Of a DNA stretch of 37,809 nucleotides, positions 1 through 11,164 are shown piece after piece. The DNA is taken from assembly GCA_050012475.1 (NCBI GenBank), contig JBEKHC010000045.1:1-37809 (forward strand), read 5' to 3'. The notes under the pieces were generated by a model that worked only from the letters and a program-made list of their open reading frames with translations, was not told the DNA's origin and did no database searches. Origin of the DNA: Candidatus Velthaea sp. Lineage in GTDB: Bacteria; Vulcanimicrobiota; Vulcanimicrobiia; Vulcanimicrobiales; Vulcanimicrobiaceae. Every line of letters begins with the position of its first letter. Position 1 is the stretch's first letter. The translations under genes were made by a program, and so were the position numbers.

Positions 1-1
1 A

Positions 2-58
2 CAACGACGGGCGGAAATCACGACGCTCAAGGCCAGCCTCGCGGCGGTGGAATCGTAA
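2..58 (+). CDS. Probable 3' end of a gene entering the window (…QRRAEITTLKASLAAVES*)
   Basis: Open frame with GC-rich third codon positions ending in TAA at 56-58; too short to identify. Confidence 0.3.
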   Translation, partial: QRRAEITTLKASLAAVES

Positions 59-116
59 ACCGTCTGGCGTCGGGAGCCTTCCAGCAAAGCGATGCTGGTG
101 GCAACTTGTTCTGAGC

Positions 117-276
117 TAACACCAACCGTCGAATAGATTGACTCTTTCCGTTATCGTCATGGCCCGGCTCGTCCGGGCCACCTGTACCAGCACAGTGCCG
201 CGATAGGTGGCCCGGACGAGCCGGGCCATGACGGATTTGGAAGGTCGTACGTCAATCTTTCGGCCGATTGGTATTA
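117..276. mobile_element. Nested palindromic MITE/REP-like element
   Basis: Perfect 29-bp inverted repeat at 155-183/205-233, each arm itself a hairpin (TGGCCCGG-N5-CCGGGCCA); imperfect outer inverted repeat at 121-142/251-272; TA at 117-118 and 275-276. Confidence 0.65.
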
Positions 277-510
277 CACCAGAACCGGCTTTCAGCAGAA
301 TGACCGATATCCGGGCGCCCGATCCGAAACGTCCGACCCATTGCTGGCGTTCACCGAACGATTGCTGAACAGCGTGACCTGACCCATCCCGGAAGTGCCA
401 CCTACGGTGAGTGAAGGCCGCTTACGGTTCCAAAGTGGACTCCTGTAAAGCGCTGAGATGGGCGTTATGAGTTCACGCCCTATGGGCCGGAGCTAATGCG
501 TCGCCGTCCG

Positions 511-1023
511 CTATGACTGTTCGATTGGTTGTTGCATAATGACATCGGCCGCGACCAGGAAGGCGAAAGTGACCGTAAAGAAGTCGATCGTCAACGCCGT
601 GATGTAGGCCGCGGCGTTGTATTGGAGGCCTACCAGAATGTAGCCAAGCATCGCCAGTGTCACAGCGGAGCCGAATACAACGAAGACCGCGAATATCGGG
701 AGCGGCGGTCCTTTGCCGACAATCTTGCGGCGCCGCCGCGGATAGGTGACCTGAAGCGACAGCATCGGCAGTGCGAAAAGCACACCAGAGCTTCGCCAAA
801 TCCACCTTTCTGGAATGTCGTAGAGCGCAAAGAGCTCCGGCAGCAGCGCTCCCGCCATCAACACGAAAATGTACGTCATGACCGTTTTTGCAAGGTATCG
901 GTCAAGCAGTGACAACCTCGCTCCGGCGGCCTGTCGCAGGCCCAACAAGAGCGCCGAGAACCCCGCGAACGTAATCATGACGCCGGCCAATGTGTACAAA
1001 AGGGTTGCACCTTTGACTTCCAT
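511..1023 (-). CDS. Hypothetical integral membrane protein (170 aa, about 5 TM)
   Basis: ATG at 1023 preceded by GGAG; several hydrophobic segments (MEVKGATLLYTLAGVMITFAGFSALLL…). Confidence 0.75.
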   Translation of the reverse strand: MEVKGATLLYTLAGVMITFAGFSALLLGLRQAAGARLSLLDRYLAKTVMTYIFVLMAGALLPELFALYDIPERWIWRSSGVLFALPMLSLQVTYPRRRRKIVGKGPPLPIFAVFVVFGSAVTLAMLGYILVGLQYNAAAYITALTIDFFTVTFAFLVAADVIMQQPIEQS

Positions 1024-1554
1024 GCTTGCTCCACCTAAAACCAAGGTCGTTTGGGCGCGTCCTTTCGACCTTGAGCGAGAGTGGGGAAGGGTCGTATGAC
1101 ATCGCTTCGACGAGGATCGTTCGCTCAAGTCGATTTGGGCAGTGGCTCGGTCAAAAAATCATTCGTTGTAGCCGCTTGCCGCCATCACGCGTCCAGATCG
1201 TAACTCCATCGCCGGCAGGATCGCACATCGCGCCGGATTTCTTAAGCGTCAGCACCTCGATGGCGAAGATCGTATTGTAAACCTTCCGAGAAGCGTAAGC
1301 CCGATACAAACCATTCGATTGTGCGATGTGCCTCGACAATCGACCATGCTTGGGATGAGACCGTAGCCGCGTCGGGTCTTTTCGCCCACTACAAGTGTCT
1401 TCCGCAGCGGTCGAGCGTGCTCTTACCTGTCGCTGCAACGCCGTTGCGGTACTATTCTGGGCCCAGGTGCTCGAAAGCGGGCCCTGCAGTTCCAACCGAC
1501 GCCGGTGCGCCGGCGGCTTTCCGTGACTCCGGCTTCACGTCAGGAGCAGCAACC

Positions 1555-2862
1555 GTGCCATTGCCGCGTTCGCATTCGCCTTTGCATTTGCCCTTGATCC
1601 TGGCCGGACTGTCGGCGCTGACCGGCTGCAGCGGTGGCGCAGCGGCCCTCGCCGACGCCGCCGCGTCTCCGCCGCCCGTCGCGGTCGTCGTTGCGAAGAT
1701 CGCGCAAAAAACCGTCCCGATCACCGGCGAGTACATCGCGCGAACCGCAGCGGTCGCGACCGTCGACGTCAAGGCGCAAGTCGGCGGGACGATCACGAGC
1801 GTCGACTTCGAACAAGGTCAAGCCGTCAAACGCGGGCAGCTGCTGTTCACGATCGATCCCGCCGAATACGAAGCGTCACTGCAAGCCTCGCGGGCCGTCC
1901 TCGCCAAGGCCCAAGCCGATCTGGACAAAGCGCTCAGCGATACGACGCCGGAGGTCAAGCGCGCGCAGCTCGCCCAAGAGCAAGCCGATCACCAAAGCGC
2001 CGTCCGCAAATTAGCGCGCTATCGTCCGCTCGCGGAGCAGCGCGCGGTTACCCAAGTCGACCTCGATGAAGCCGTTGCGTCCGAGGAAGTCGCGCGCTCC
2101 AAGGTAACAGCCGCTCGCGCGATGGTGGACGACGCCGTGGTGCAAAAGCGCGTCGGGATCGAGCAAGCCCGCGCCGTCGTCGACCAAAACGAAGCCGCGG
2201 TCAAAAAAGACGAAATCAACCTCAGTTACGCGCGCATCCGGGCGCCGGTGGGCGGGCTGATCGGCTTCGTCAAAGTCGACAAGGGCAATGTGGTCGGGCC
2301 CAATTCGCCGGCGCTGGCCACGATCTCGACGATCGATCCGATGGGCGTGCAGTTCGCTTTGACCGAGATCGACTATCTCAACTTGGTCCATCGCCTGCAG
2401 CAGGCCAAACAACACAACGCGCCTGATCTGCCGCTCGAACTGATTCTGGCCGACAATACGCGCTATCCCTTCACCGGACGCCCGCAGAGCCTCGATCGGG
2501 CAGTCAATCCGAACACCGGAACCATCGCCGTGCTGGGCACCTTTCCCAATCCGCCAAGCTCGCTCGAAATCTTGCGGCCGGGCCTGTTCGGGCGGGTGCG
2601 GATCGTGCTGGGATTTCATCGCAACGCGGTCCTCGTTCCGCAGCTTGCGGTCGTCCAGCAGCAGAGCAGCGACATCGTGTACGTCGTCGACAAGGACAAC
2701 AAAGTCGCACTGCGGAGCATCCGCGTCGGTCAGCGGATCGGCGGTGACTACGTGGTCGACGCCGGATTGAAAGCCGGCGAAACCGTGGTCCTGGAGGGAA
2801 CGCAGAAAGTGCAGCCGGGGTCGACGGTCGTGGCAACGGCACCGGTGAGCCGCGAGCGCTGA
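1555..2862 (+). CDS. RND efflux periplasmic adaptor (membrane fusion protein), lipoprotein
   Basis: GTG at 1555 after AGGAG; lipobox LTGC; motifs [31 protein letters not shown]; directly upstream of the RND permease. Confidence 0.93.
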   Translation: MPLPRSHSPLHLPLILAGLSALTGCSGGAAALADAAASPPPVAVVVAKIAQKTVPITGEYIARTAAVATVDVKAQVGGTITSVDFEQGQAVKRGQLLFTIDPAEYEASLQASRAVLAKAQADLDKALSDTTPEVKRAQLAQEQADHQSAVRKLARYRPLAEQRAVTQVDLDEAVASEEVARSKVTAARAMVDDAVVQKRVGIEQARAVVDQNEAAVKKDEINLSYARIRAPVGGLIGFVKVDKGNVVGPNSPALATISTIDPMGVQFALTEIDYLNLVHRLQQAKQHNAPDLPLELILADNTRYPFTGRPQSLDRAVNPNTGTIAVLGTFPNPPSSLEILRPGLFGRVRIVLGFHRNAVLVPQLAVVQQQSSDIVYVVDKDNKVALRSIRVGQRIGGDYVVDAGLKAGETVVLEGTQKVQPGSTVVATAPVSRER

Positions 2863-2863
2863 C

Positions 2864-5800
2864 GTGGGCCAATTTTTCGTCCACCGGCGCGTCGTCGCCA
2901 TCGTCGTCTCGCTGCTGATCGTCATTGCCGGAGCGTTGGCGCTGCGCTCGCTCCCGGTCGCGATGTTTCCCGATGTCGCGCCGCCGACGGTGACGGTCAG
3001 CGCCGTCTATCCCGGCGCCAACGCGCTTACCGTCGAACAATCCGTGGCCGCAAACATCGAACGCGCGCTCACCGGCGTCGACGGCCTGCTCTACACCTCG
3101 TCGCAAAGCGCCAACGACGGCAGCTACGCGCTCACGGCGACGTTCGCCTCGGGGACCGACGTCGACCGGGCGGCCACGAACGTGCAGAACAAAGTCAACG
3201 CCGTCGTGAGCTCGCTCCCGGCCGAGGTCGCGCGCGCCGGCGTGACGGTCAGCAAAAGCGCCACCGACACGCTGCTCGTGATCGCGATCTACTCACCGCA
3301 ATCGTCCTACGACCAGCTCTTCATCAGCAACTACGTCACGATCAACGTCATCGACCGGATCGCGCGCCTGGAAGGCGTCGGAGCAACGCAGATCGCCGGG
3401 CAGCGCGATTATTCGATGCGCATTTGGCTGCGTCCCGACCGGCTGGCACAATTCAAGCTGCAGCCCAGTGACGTGATCGCGGCGATCACCGATCAGAACG
3501 CGCCCGCGCCCGCCGGCCAGATCGGCCAGCCGCCGCAGAAAGCCGGCTCCGACTTCCAGTATTCGGTCAACGTGCGCGGTCAGCTCGCCAGCACCGAGGC
3601 GTTCGACAACATCGTGCTGCGCACGCTGCCCGACGGTTCGGTGCTGCGCCTGCGCGCGGTTTCGCGCACGGAGCTGGCAGCCAAATCGTACGCATCGTTC
3701 GGGCGCTTCAACGGCGTCCCGGCGGCGATCATCAGCGTGCGTCAAAAGCCGGGCGCGAACGCGCTCGCGACCGCCGATCGCATCAAGGCCGCGATGACCG
3801 AAGCCGCCAAAAGCTTTCCGCCCGGCTTGACTTGGACGACCGCCCTGGATTCGACGGACTTCGTCAAAGAATCGGTTCACGACGTCGAAAAAACGCTGGT
3901 CGAGGCGATCCTGCTCGTCGTCATCGTCGTCTTCTTGTTTCTGGGCACGTTTCGCGCGATGATCGTTCCGATCATCGCCGTTCCGGTATCGCTGATCGGG
4001 ACGTTCGTCGTCTTCATTCCGCTGGGATTCGGCATCAACACGCTGACGCTGTTCGGCATCGTGCTGGCCATCGGGATCGTCGTCGACGACGCGATCGTCG
4101 TCGTCGAAGCCGTCGAGCACGGCATCGAACGCGGCCACAGCCCGCTCGAAGCGACGGAGATCGCGATGCGCGAAGTCTCGGGTCCCGTCGTCGCGATCGC
4201 GCTGGTGTTGTGCGCCGTCTTCGTTCCGGTCGCGTTTTTGGGCGGCCTGACGGGAACGCTGTACAAGCAGTTCGCGCTCACGCTTTCGATCTCGGTGTTG
4301 ATCTCCGCGCTGGTCGCCTTGACGACCACACCTGCCTTGTGCGTGATGATCCTGCGGCCGCGCACGCCGGGACGCGGACCGGTCGCGAAGCTCATCGCGG
4401 GCTTCAACCGCGCTTTCGACGCCGGGTTGAAAAACTACACGCGCGCGGTCGAGGTCTCGCTGCGCCGCTTGCCGCTGATGATGGTCGCGCTCGTGCTGTT
4501 TATCGGCGGGGCGGTGTATTTGCTGCGCACCGTTCCCGGCGCGTTGGTGCCGATCGAGGATCAGGGCTATTTCTATATCGCTTTGAACTTGCCCGAGGGA
4601 GCGTCGCTCGATCGCACCGGCCAGATCGCCCAGCGGCTCGAAAAATACGTTCGCGGTCTGCCCGGCGTCGAGAGCATCGCGTCCTTCGGCGGCATCAACT
4701 TGCTCACGAACACGGCAGCCTCGAACGCCGCACTGTTCTTCGTCAAGCTCGACGAATGGAGCGAACGCGGCAAGCATCCCGACGAGAGCATCGACGCCAT
4801 CATCGGCGCGATCAACGCCGAAGCCGCCAAGTACCCCGAAGCGGTCGCGTTCGCGCTCAACCCGCCGCCGATCCCGGGCTTGGGATTGACCGCCGGCTTT
4901 CAGATGCAGGTCGAAGATCGCGGCGGCCATTCGCTGCCCGACCTCGCCGCGGCCGCGGACAAGATCGTCGCAGCAGCGGCCGAGCAAAAAGATTTGGCCG
5001 GCGTCAGCAATTCGTTCTCGGTCACCGTGCCGCAGGTCGATCTCAACATCGATCGCGATAAGGCCAAAGCGCTGGGCATCCCGCTCGTCGACGTCTACAG
5101 CAGCCTGCAAGCATATTTGGGCGGTATCACGGTCAACGACTTCGTGCTCTTCGGCCGGCTGTGGCAGGTCAGCGTGCAGGCCGAGCCCGAGTTCCGGCTT
5201 GCGCCCGTCGACATCGGGCGGATCCTCGTGCGCAGCACGACGACCGGCGACATGGTGCCGATCGGCACGTTCAGCAGCGCGGCGCCGGGAATCGGCGCGG
5301 CCGTGATCGGTCACTACAACGGCTTGCGGACCGCGGCGCTCAACGGCGGTCCCGCGCCGGGAACGTCGTCGGGCCAGTCGCTGGCCACGATGGAAGCGCT
5401 GGCCGGCAAAGACTTACCGGCCGGCTTCACCTACGAGTGGACGGGCAGTGCGCTCGAAGAGAAAGCCAGCGGCGGCCAACAGGCGCTGGTGTTCGGTTTC
5501 TCGCTGCTGCTGGTGTTCTTGTTCCTCGCCTCGCTGTACGAGAGTTGGGCGATCCCGTTCAGCATCATCCTGTGCATTCCGCTGGGCGTGTTCGGCGCGT
5601 TCTTGGGCATCTTCGTGCGTCACATTCCCAATGACGTCTACGTGCAGATCGGTCTGGTCATGCTCATCGGGCTGGCCGCGAAGAACGCGATCCTCATCGT
5701 CGAGTTCGCAAAGCTGAAGCGGGAAGAAGGCGCGACCTTCAGCGACGCCGCGATCGCGGCGGCGCAGTTGCGGCTGCGGCCGATTCTCATGACCTCGTTC

Positions 5801-6046
5801 GCTTTCATCTTCGGCGTCGTGCCGCTGGTCTTCGCCAGCGGCGCGGGGGCGGCATCGCGTGCCTCGCTCGGGACGGCCGTGTTTAGCGGAATGATCGCAG
5901 CGACGCTGCTCGGCGTGTTCTTCATCCCCGCACTGTACGTGGCGGTTTCGGAACTCGCGGAGCGAATCGCGGGCAAACCGTCCCGCCTCGCTCCGGCGAC
6001 TCCGGCGGCTGCGGCGGCTCCGGCGATCGCCTCCGAGCCGACATGA
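2864..6046 (+). CDS. RND efflux permease, AcrB/HAE1 family
   Basis: 1060 aa; proton-relay motifs [23 protein letters not shown] and RPILMT are intact. Confidence 0.97.
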   Translation: MGQFFVHRRVVAIVVSLLIVIAGALALRSLPVAMFPDVAPPTVTVSAVYPGANALTVEQSVAANIERALTGVDGLLYTSSQSANDGSYALTATFASGTDVDRAATNVQNKVNAVVSSLPAEVARAGVTVSKSATDTLLVIAIYSPQSSYDQLFISNYVTINVIDRIARLEGVGATQIAGQRDYSMRIWLRPDRLAQFKLQPSDVIAAITDQNAPAPAGQIGQPPQKAGSDFQYSVNVRGQLASTEAFDNIVLRTLPDGSVLRLRAVSRTELAAKSYASFGRFNGVPAAIISVRQKPGANALATADRIKAAMTEAAKSFPPGLTWTTALDSTDFVKESVHDVEKTLVEAILLVVIVVFLFLGTFRAMIVPIIAVPVSLIGTFVVFIPLGFGINTLTLFGIVLAIGIVVDDAIVVVEAVEHGIERGHSPLEATEIAMREVSGPVVAIALVLCAVFVPVAFLGGLTGTLYKQFALTLSISVLISALVALTTTPALCVMILRPRTPGRGPVAKLIAGFNRAFDAGLKNYTRAVEVSLRRLPLMMVALVLFIGGAVYLLRTVPGALVPIEDQGYFYIALNLPEGASLDRTGQIAQRLEKYVRGLPGVESIASFGGINLLTNTAASNAALFFVKLDEWSERGKHPDESIDAIIGAINAEAAKYPEAVAFALNPPPIPGLGLTAGFQMQVEDRGGHSLPDLAAAADKIVAAAAEQKDLAGVSNSFSVTVPQVDLNIDRDKAKALGIPLVDVYSSLQAYLGGITVNDFVLFGRLWQVSVQAEPEFRLAPVDIGRILVRSTTTGDMVPIGTFSSAAPGIGAAVIGHYNGLRTAALNGGPAPGTSSGQSLATMEALAGKDLPAGFTYEWTGSALEEKASGGQQALVFGFSLLLVFLFLASLYESWAIPFSIILCIPLGVFGAFLGIFVRHIPNDVYVQIGLVMLIGLAAKNAILIVEFAKLKREEGATFSDAAIAAAQLRLRPILMTSFAFIFGVVPLVFASGAGAASRASLGTAVFSGMIAATLLGVFFIPALYVAVSELAERIAGKPSRLAPATPAAAAAPAIASEPT

Positions 6047-7491
6047 AGCTGCTCTTGGCCCTCGCGGCGCTGCTCAATCTCATGGCGTCGTGCGCGCCGG
6101 GGGTCGAACCGCTGGTCGTTCCGACGTCGCTGCCGCCGACGTATTTGAACGCCGCAAACGATACGCTCTCGATCGGCGACACCGCGTGGCGGCAACTGTT
6201 TCTCGATGCGCAATTGCGCGAACTCGTCGGCGACGCGCTCGTCGCCAACGCTGACGTCAACGTCGCCGTGCAGCGGGTTGCCGCAGCGCAGGCGGCGCTC
6301 GGCCAGACGACGGCGCTGCAGCGGCCGAACATCGCGGGCAGCGCGTCGCTAACGTATACACGCGTCGCGGGCAAACAGCCCCTCGACGTCACGTCGACGG
6401 AAACGATCACGCCGACCCTGCTCGGGGCGACGGCGACCTCGTTCGACGTCGATTTGTTCGGCACGCTGCGGTATGCGACGGCCGCCCAGCGCGCGCGCGT
6501 GCTGGCGTCCGATGCCGCCCGCCAAGCGGTGCTCACCGTCATCGTCAACGGCGTCGCGAGCGCGTACTTCCTGCTGCAAGAGCTGCATCGCGAGCGCGAC
6601 ATCACGAATCTCGCAATCGCCAATCGGCACGACAATCTGCACATCGTCGCGTTGCAGGTCGCCGGCGGAACGGCAACGCTGCAGACGCAGCGTCAGGCCG
6701 AGACCGCGCTGTACACCGCGACCGCCCAACTGCCCGATATCGAACGCCAAATCGGCGAACAGGAAGATCTCATCGCGAAGCTGCTGGGCCGCTATCCGGC
6801 CTCGATCCCGCGCGGTCTGCCGCTGGAACGGCAGCTCGCCGACGTCGCGCTGCCGGCGGCCGGGCTGCCCGGGCAATTGCTGCTGCGCCGGCCCGATATC
6901 CGCAGCGCCGAACTCACGCTGGAAAGCGACAACCTGCAAGTCGCGTCGGCGCGCGCGGCGATCTTTCCCCAATTGACGCTGGGCGGCTCGTCGGCCGGCG
7001 TCGGAGCGACGATCCTCAACGGCGTCGCTTACGGTCCGCAAGGCCTGCTGACGCTCGTCCCGGCGCTCTCGCAAACGATCGCCGACGGCGGGTTCAAGCG
7101 CTCGACGGTCAACGTCGACCGGGCCCAGCGCGAAGCCGACCTCTACGTGTACTTGCAAACGATTCAAGCGGCGATGCAGGGCGTCACCGACGGCTTGACC
7201 GACTACGCGCGCTATCGCGATGAAGTCCGCGAGCAAACGCGGTTGACGGGCTCGCTGCGCGAGTACGCGCGCCTGGCGGACTTGCGCTACCGCGGCGGCG
7301 TCGGCAGTTACCTCGACGTGCTGGATAGCGAATCGCGGCTGTTCAGCGCCGAACTAGCGCTGGCCCAACTCCAGCTTCAGCAGCGCTTGGCGGAAATAAA
7401 CGTGTACACGGCGGTGGGCGGCGGATGGCAGGACGCGCCGGCCGCTGCATCCGCCCCGGCCGAGCCGCTGGTACCCGCCGCCCGCCGCTAA
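6043..7491 (+). CDS. Outer membrane efflux factor (NodT/OprM/TolC family lipoprotein)
   Basis: ATGA overlap with the permease stop; lipobox-like MASC; motifs [28 protein letters not shown]. Confidence 0.93.
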   Translation: MKLLLALAALLNLMASCAPGVEPLVVPTSLPPTYLNAANDTLSIGDTAWRQLFLDAQLRELVGDALVANADVNVAVQRVAAAQAALGQTTALQRPNIAGSASLTYTRVAGKQPLDVTSTETITPTLLGATATSFDVDLFGTLRYATAAQRARVLASDAARQAVLTVIVNGVASAYFLLQELHRERDITNLAIANRHDNLHIVALQVAGGTATLQTQRQAETALYTATAQLPDIERQIGEQEDLIAKLLGRYPASIPRGLPLERQLADVALPAAGLPGQLLLRRPDIRSAELTLESDNLQVASARAAIFPQLTLGGSSAGVGATILNGVAYGPQGLLTLVPALSQTIADGGFKRSTVNVDRAQREADLYVYLQTIQAAMQGVTDGLTDYARYRDEVREQTRLTGSLREYARLADLRYRGGVGSYLDVLDSESRLFSAELALAQLQLQQRLAEINVYTAVGGGWQDAPAAASAPAEPLVPAARR

Positions 7492-7519
7492 TCGTTTCGA
7501 GCGCGCTGCGGACGTTCGC

Positions 7520-8092
7520 TCACGAACGCGCGCGAAAGCATGTCGAACGGTGGTCGTCCACGACGCCGGTCGCTTGTAAAAACGCGTAGACGATCGTCGA
7601 GCCCACGAACGAAAAACCGCGCTTGCGCAGATCGGCGCTGATCGCGTCCGACAGCGGCGTCTTGGCGGGCAGTTCTTCGGCCGGCGGCCGGCGCGTGACC
7701 ACCGGCACGCCGCCGACGAACGCCCACAAATAGGCATCGAACGATCCGCGCTCGCGTTGGACGCGTAAGAAGGCTGCGGCGTTGGCGACCGTTGCGGCGA
7801 TCTTTCCGCGATGCCGGACGATGCGCGGGTCGACGACGAGTTTGTCGATGCGTTTCTCGCTGAAGCGCGCGACGGCGGCCGGATCGAACTGGGCGAAGAG
7901 CGCGCGGTAGCCGGCGCGCTTTTTGAGAATCGTGTCCCAGCTCAAACCGGCTTGCGCGCCTTCGAGCGTCAGCAGCTCGAACAGCATCCGATCGTCGTGC
8001 TGCGCAACGCCCCATTCCTGGTCGTGATAGGTAATCTCCGGTTCGCGCGTGGCCCAGGGGCAGCGCACGACGGCGGGCGGTTCCGCGCTCAC
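7520..8092 (-). CDS. tag: DNA-3-methyladenine glycosylase I
   Basis: RCPWA…YHDQEWG, LEGAQAGLSW, FVGSTIVYAFLQATGVVDDH…C; GTG start at 8092 overlaps the upstream stop (GTGA). Confidence 0.95.
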   Translation of the reverse strand: MSAEPPAVVRCPWATREPEITYHDQEWGVAQHDDRMLFELLTLEGAQAGLSWDTILKKRAGYRALFAQFDPAAVARFSEKRIDKLVVDPRIVRHRGKIAATVANAAAFLRVQRERGSFDAYLWAFVGGVPVVTRRPPAEELPAKTPLSDAISADLRKRGFSFVGSTIVYAFLQATGVVDDHRSTCFRARS

Positions 8093-8910
8093 TGTCGGGC
8101 GGAGCGGTTCTGGGGCGGCACGGCGTCCGCGGCGTGGGTGATGCGCAGATAGTTTTGCAGTTCGACCCACCGCTGCGACGAGATTGCCGTGTCGCGCCGA
8201 AATGGGAAATCCAACTCGATGAGCAGCGTGAACATGATGGCAATGAGCGCCGCGACGGCACCCGTCATGACGAGCTGGATTCGAAAATTTTCGACGCCGA
8301 ACAAAAAGCCGAAACCGACGGTGATGCACGCACCCAGCAGCAGCGCGGCCCACAGCACGGGCGGCAGTGTTTGCGCGTTATCCGCCAGCCGCCGGTTGCG
8401 CAAGTCGAACAGCCGCTGGACGGCTTCGACCAAGCGGGCGCGGATCGCAAGCGCGGGGTCCGTCGGCGCCGGAAGCCGGGCGACGGTTCGCGCGAGCGCG
8501 CCAAGCGTCAGCGTCGCCGCGGCGCTGGAGCTCGCCGCGCGCATCGTCGGCCATTCGTCATCGATCATCTCGGCGATGTAGCGGTCGACACCGGCTTGCA
8601 GCGGTCCCGCCAGCGGTTGGGGTAACGGCCGCGAGAAAGCAAAGATGTCGGCCGCTGCCGAGACCTCGTTGCTGTAATTAGCATCGCTTTCGTTGTATTG
8701 CTGCCACACGACCACGACGACAAACGCGATCAGCACCGAGTAGAGCACGCCGACGATCGCGATCATGAATCCCGCGACCTCATTGTGCTCGACGAGTTTC
8801 GGGTAGGGAATCGAACGCCGGACGACCGCGTGCAGTCCGCACGAAACGAGGATCGCGGTGCCGACGAGCACCGCCATCAACAGCCCGTAGGGCAGGCCAA
8901 ACAAGTCCAT
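8089..8910 (-). CDS. DUF4239-like membrane protein
   Basis: GVLYSVLIAFVVVVVW…E and LDFPF motifs; two TM pairs flanking a helical domain; ATG at 8910. Confidence 0.8.
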   Translation of the reverse strand: MDLFGLPYGLLMAVLVGTAILVSCGLHAVVRRSIPYPKLVEHNEVAGFMIAIVGVLYSVLIAFVVVVVWQQYNESDANYSNEVSAAADIFAFSRPLPQPLAGPLQAGVDRYIAEMIDDEWPTMRAASSSAAATLTLGALARTVARLPAPTDPALAIRARLVEAVQRLFDLRNRRLADNAQTLPPVLWAALLLGACITVGFGFLFGVENFRIQLVMTGAVAALIAIMFTLLIELDFPFRRDTAISSQRWVELQNYLRITHAADAVPPQNRSARQ

Positions 8911-8924
8911 GCGGCGGCCCGGGC

Positions 8925-9299
8925 TCAGCGCAATTTCCACGACCCGACGAGCGCCGCGTAGTACGCTCCGTTGACGAGATCGAGGACGGTGACCGTGCGC
9001 GACGGCCCGGCGTCGGCAAACGTGCGCAGCGGCCCGTAGCAGGCGGCGACGGCGTCGCCGACAGCGAGTTGGCCGGCCAGTGCCATTTCGGCCCGCGTGC
9101 CTTGAAGCCGCAACGTTGCTCCGTTGCCAAGCCCGAGCGAACCCGACTGATACTGTGCCGGTCCAACGGGCATCCTGACCGAGGCCACGCTCGTGCGGGC
9201 GCACGGCAGCCCGCGGGCCGGTGGAGCGGCCCAGGCCGCAGTGAGCGGCAGAAGCCCGAGGGCTCCGAACGCAGCACACGAGCCGAAGAACTGGCGCAT
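8925..9299 (-). CDS. Hypothetical secreted protein (124 aa)
   Basis: GAGGAG RBS before ATG at 9299; signal-peptide-like N-terminus ending AWA; two Cys in the mature part. Confidence 0.7.
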   Translation of the reverse strand: MRQFFGSCAAFGALGLLPLTAAWAAPPARGLPCARTSVASVRMPVGPAQYQSGSLGLGNGATLRLQGTRAEMALAGQLAVGDAVAACYGPLRTFADAGPSRTVTVLDLVNGAYYAALVGSWKLR

Positions 9300-9395
9300 G
9301 AAGTGCTCCTCGTTTACGGGGTACGGCGGGAGGGGACCGCGGCGCATTTCGCTGGCCGGGCAGACGCTCCCGCGCAAGCGGTCGAAGCGCGCCCC

Positions 9396-9665
9396 ATGCA
9401 TGACATCAGCCCGGCCATCGCGGTCGGCGTTTTTCTTTCGACCGCCGCAACCGACGCGGTCTACGTCTTCTTCAACGCGGCGGTCGCAGCGCGCCGCCGG
9501 GTCCGTGCCGCCTCCTGGAGCAGCCTGTGGTATCTGCTCTCGGCATTCGTGGTCATCAGCTATACGAAAAACCCGGCCTACGTGATCACCGCGGCAGCCG
9601 GATCGTGGGTCGGCGCATTTCTCTCGGTTTCCTACCTCGAGCGATCGAGCGGCTTCCGGCCGTAG
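9396..9665 (+). CDS. Small hypothetical membrane protein (89 aa, about 3 TM)
   Basis: ATG at 9396; hydrophobic segments; codon usage like neighbouring genes. Confidence 0.65.
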   Translation: MHDISPAIAVGVFLSTAATDAVYVFFNAAVAARRRVRAASWSSLWYLLSAFVVISYTKNPAYVITAAAGSWVGAFLSVSYLERSSGFRP

Positions 9666-9900
9666 CGCAGTCCGGGACCTTTGACCCCAGTATGCAAGCG
9701 GCGGCAGAACCTCGCACCGCGCGGCGCGAAACCCGCCGCCTGAGCCAGTGAAGCCGTTTGTGGGGACGAAAACCAAACTAATCTTCGTGCTGGAACGTTT
9801 CAATCGTACCTGGATTCGTGCCCGACCTCGATTCATGCCCGCTTCGAGCCGAACACTGATTTGGGGGCCTCAGGCTGCCACGCTATTTTCCGGTGAATAC

Positions 9901-10446
9901 ATGATGCTCAAGTCAACACGCCCGGATACCGGCCGAGGCCCGGTTATCGAGGCGATCGCGACGGCGCGCCGCCGGCGGGCGCCGCGTTTTGCCATCGTGA
10001 ACGAAGCGGCGCACGTCGTGCTGACCTCGAGCGAGCCGGCCGAGAACGGAGCGGCGGAGATGCCCTTTTCGACCGTGTTGACCGCGCAACTCATCGCCGA
10101 GATCGAAGCGGGCAAAGAAAATGAAGTTTTTGCCCTGATCTCGCCGACCACGGTGGTCCGCGCGACCCCGCTCAACGGCAACGGCACCGGCGGCAAATTT
10201 TACGCGCTCTTCGTCGAACACGTCGAGTCGCGCGACCTCCTGTCGAACGCCTCGGAGAGCTACGGCCTCTCGTCACGCGAACTCGACGTCCTGCGGCTCG
10301 TCCTGCACGGGATGAACACCGCCGAGATCGCGCACCGGCTCTGCATCGCGGCCACGACCGTCAACGCCCACGTGAAGAACATCGCCCGCAAGACCAAGAG
10401 CACGAAACGGACCGAGATCCTCGCCAAGCTGCTCGGCGTGCGCTGA
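9901..10446 (+). CDS. LuxR-family HTH transcriptional regulator
   Basis: C-terminal LSSRELDVLRLVLHGMNTAEIAHRLCIAATTVNAHVKNI; the N-terminal domain is not a receiver domain; start approximate. Confidence 0.88.
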   Translation: MMLKSTRPDTGRGPVIEAIATARRRRAPRFAIVNEAAHVVLTSSEPAENGAAEMPFSTVLTAQLIAEIEAGKENEVFALISPTTVVRATPLNGNGTGGKFYALFVEHVESRDLLSNASESYGLSSRELDVLRLVLHGMNTAEIAHRLCIAATTVNAHVKNIARKTKSTKRTEILAKLLGVR

Positions 10447-10459
10447 CCGGAGCTCCCGC

Positions 10460-10984
10460 ATGGAGACCAGCCAGCTCTATACCCACACCTTCGCCTGGCG
10501 CGATCAGGCCTTGACGATCGCTGCGGCGCGCAATCTGTCCGGCCGAGATTACCTCGAAGGGATGCGCCGCGGCGATTTCCCCTCGCCGCCGTTCGTGACC
10601 GTGCTGGGTTTCCGGCTCGATGAGATCGACGACGGCCGCGTGGTGTTCCATTTCGAGCCGCAAGCGTTCATGCTCAACGGGCTGGGCGTGCTGCACGGCG
10701 GCATCGCGGCCGGGGCCTTCGACACTGCCGTCGGCTGCGCCGCCCTCACGGTCGTGCCGCGCGACAAGGTCGCAATCACGATGGACCTCTCCGTGCGCTT
10801 CTTCAAGCCGCTGACGCTTCGCAGCGGAACGGCTCGCTGCGAGGGCAGCGTGATCAACGTCGGGCGCACGACGGCCAGCGCCGAAGGCCGGCTTTTCGAT
10901 GCGTCCGGACGGCTCTGCGGTCACGCGACCTCCACGCTGGCGCTGCTGCGTCCGCAATTCCTTGACACACCGTCGTCCGAATAA
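10460..10984 (+). CDS. PaaI-family (hotdog fold) thioesterase
   Basis: NGLGVLHGG…FDTAVG motif; GGAG RBS. Confidence 0.92.
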   Translation: METSQLYTHTFAWRDQALTIAAARNLSGRDYLEGMRRGDFPSPPFVTVLGFRLDEIDDGRVVFHFEPQAFMLNGLGVLHGGIAAGAFDTAVGCAALTVVPRDKVAITMDLSVRFFKPLTLRSGTARCEGSVINVGRTTASAEGRLFDASGRLCGHATSTLALLRPQFLDTPSSE

Positions 10985-11030
10985 CATTGACAGCGGTGAG
11001 CAATCCGTGTTATTTACCCTGGCAGACTCT

Positions 11031-11105
11031 ATGAACAGCTCACTCGTTCTCGTTGTAAGCCTTCGACTTGCAGTCCTTATCGGGCGGCGAGCAGCTTTCA
11101 CGTAA
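11031..11105 (+). CDS. ilvB operon leader peptide (MNSSLVLVVSLRLAVLIGRRAAFT)
   Basis: 24 codons, 10 of them Leu/Val/Ile and clustered in codons 5-17; lies just upstream of a terminator and ilvB. Confidence 0.85.
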   Translation: MNSSLVLVVSLRLAVLIGRRAAFT

Positions 11106-11131
11106 ACGCAGCGAGCGTTAAACCTGTGAGA

Positions 11132-11164
11132 GCCCTTCGCCGACCAAATGGCGAGGGGTTTTTT
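11132..11164 (+). terminator. Attenuator (intrinsic terminator) of the ilvB leader
   Basis: Stem GCCCTTCGCC/GGCGAGGGGT followed by a T-tract; GGCGGCGAG in the leader can pair with the 5' arm as an antiterminator. Confidence 0.85.

Noticed and set aside
1321..1554. N-terminal extension of the MFP ORF
   Set aside because: The RBS and lipoprotein signal support a start at 1555
3293..5314. Long antisense and alternate-frame ORFs (also 14065-15381, 24159-25571, 31050-32399, 33223-35112)
   Set aside because: Shadow ORFs expected in high-GC coding DNA; no motifs, and they overlap well-supported genes
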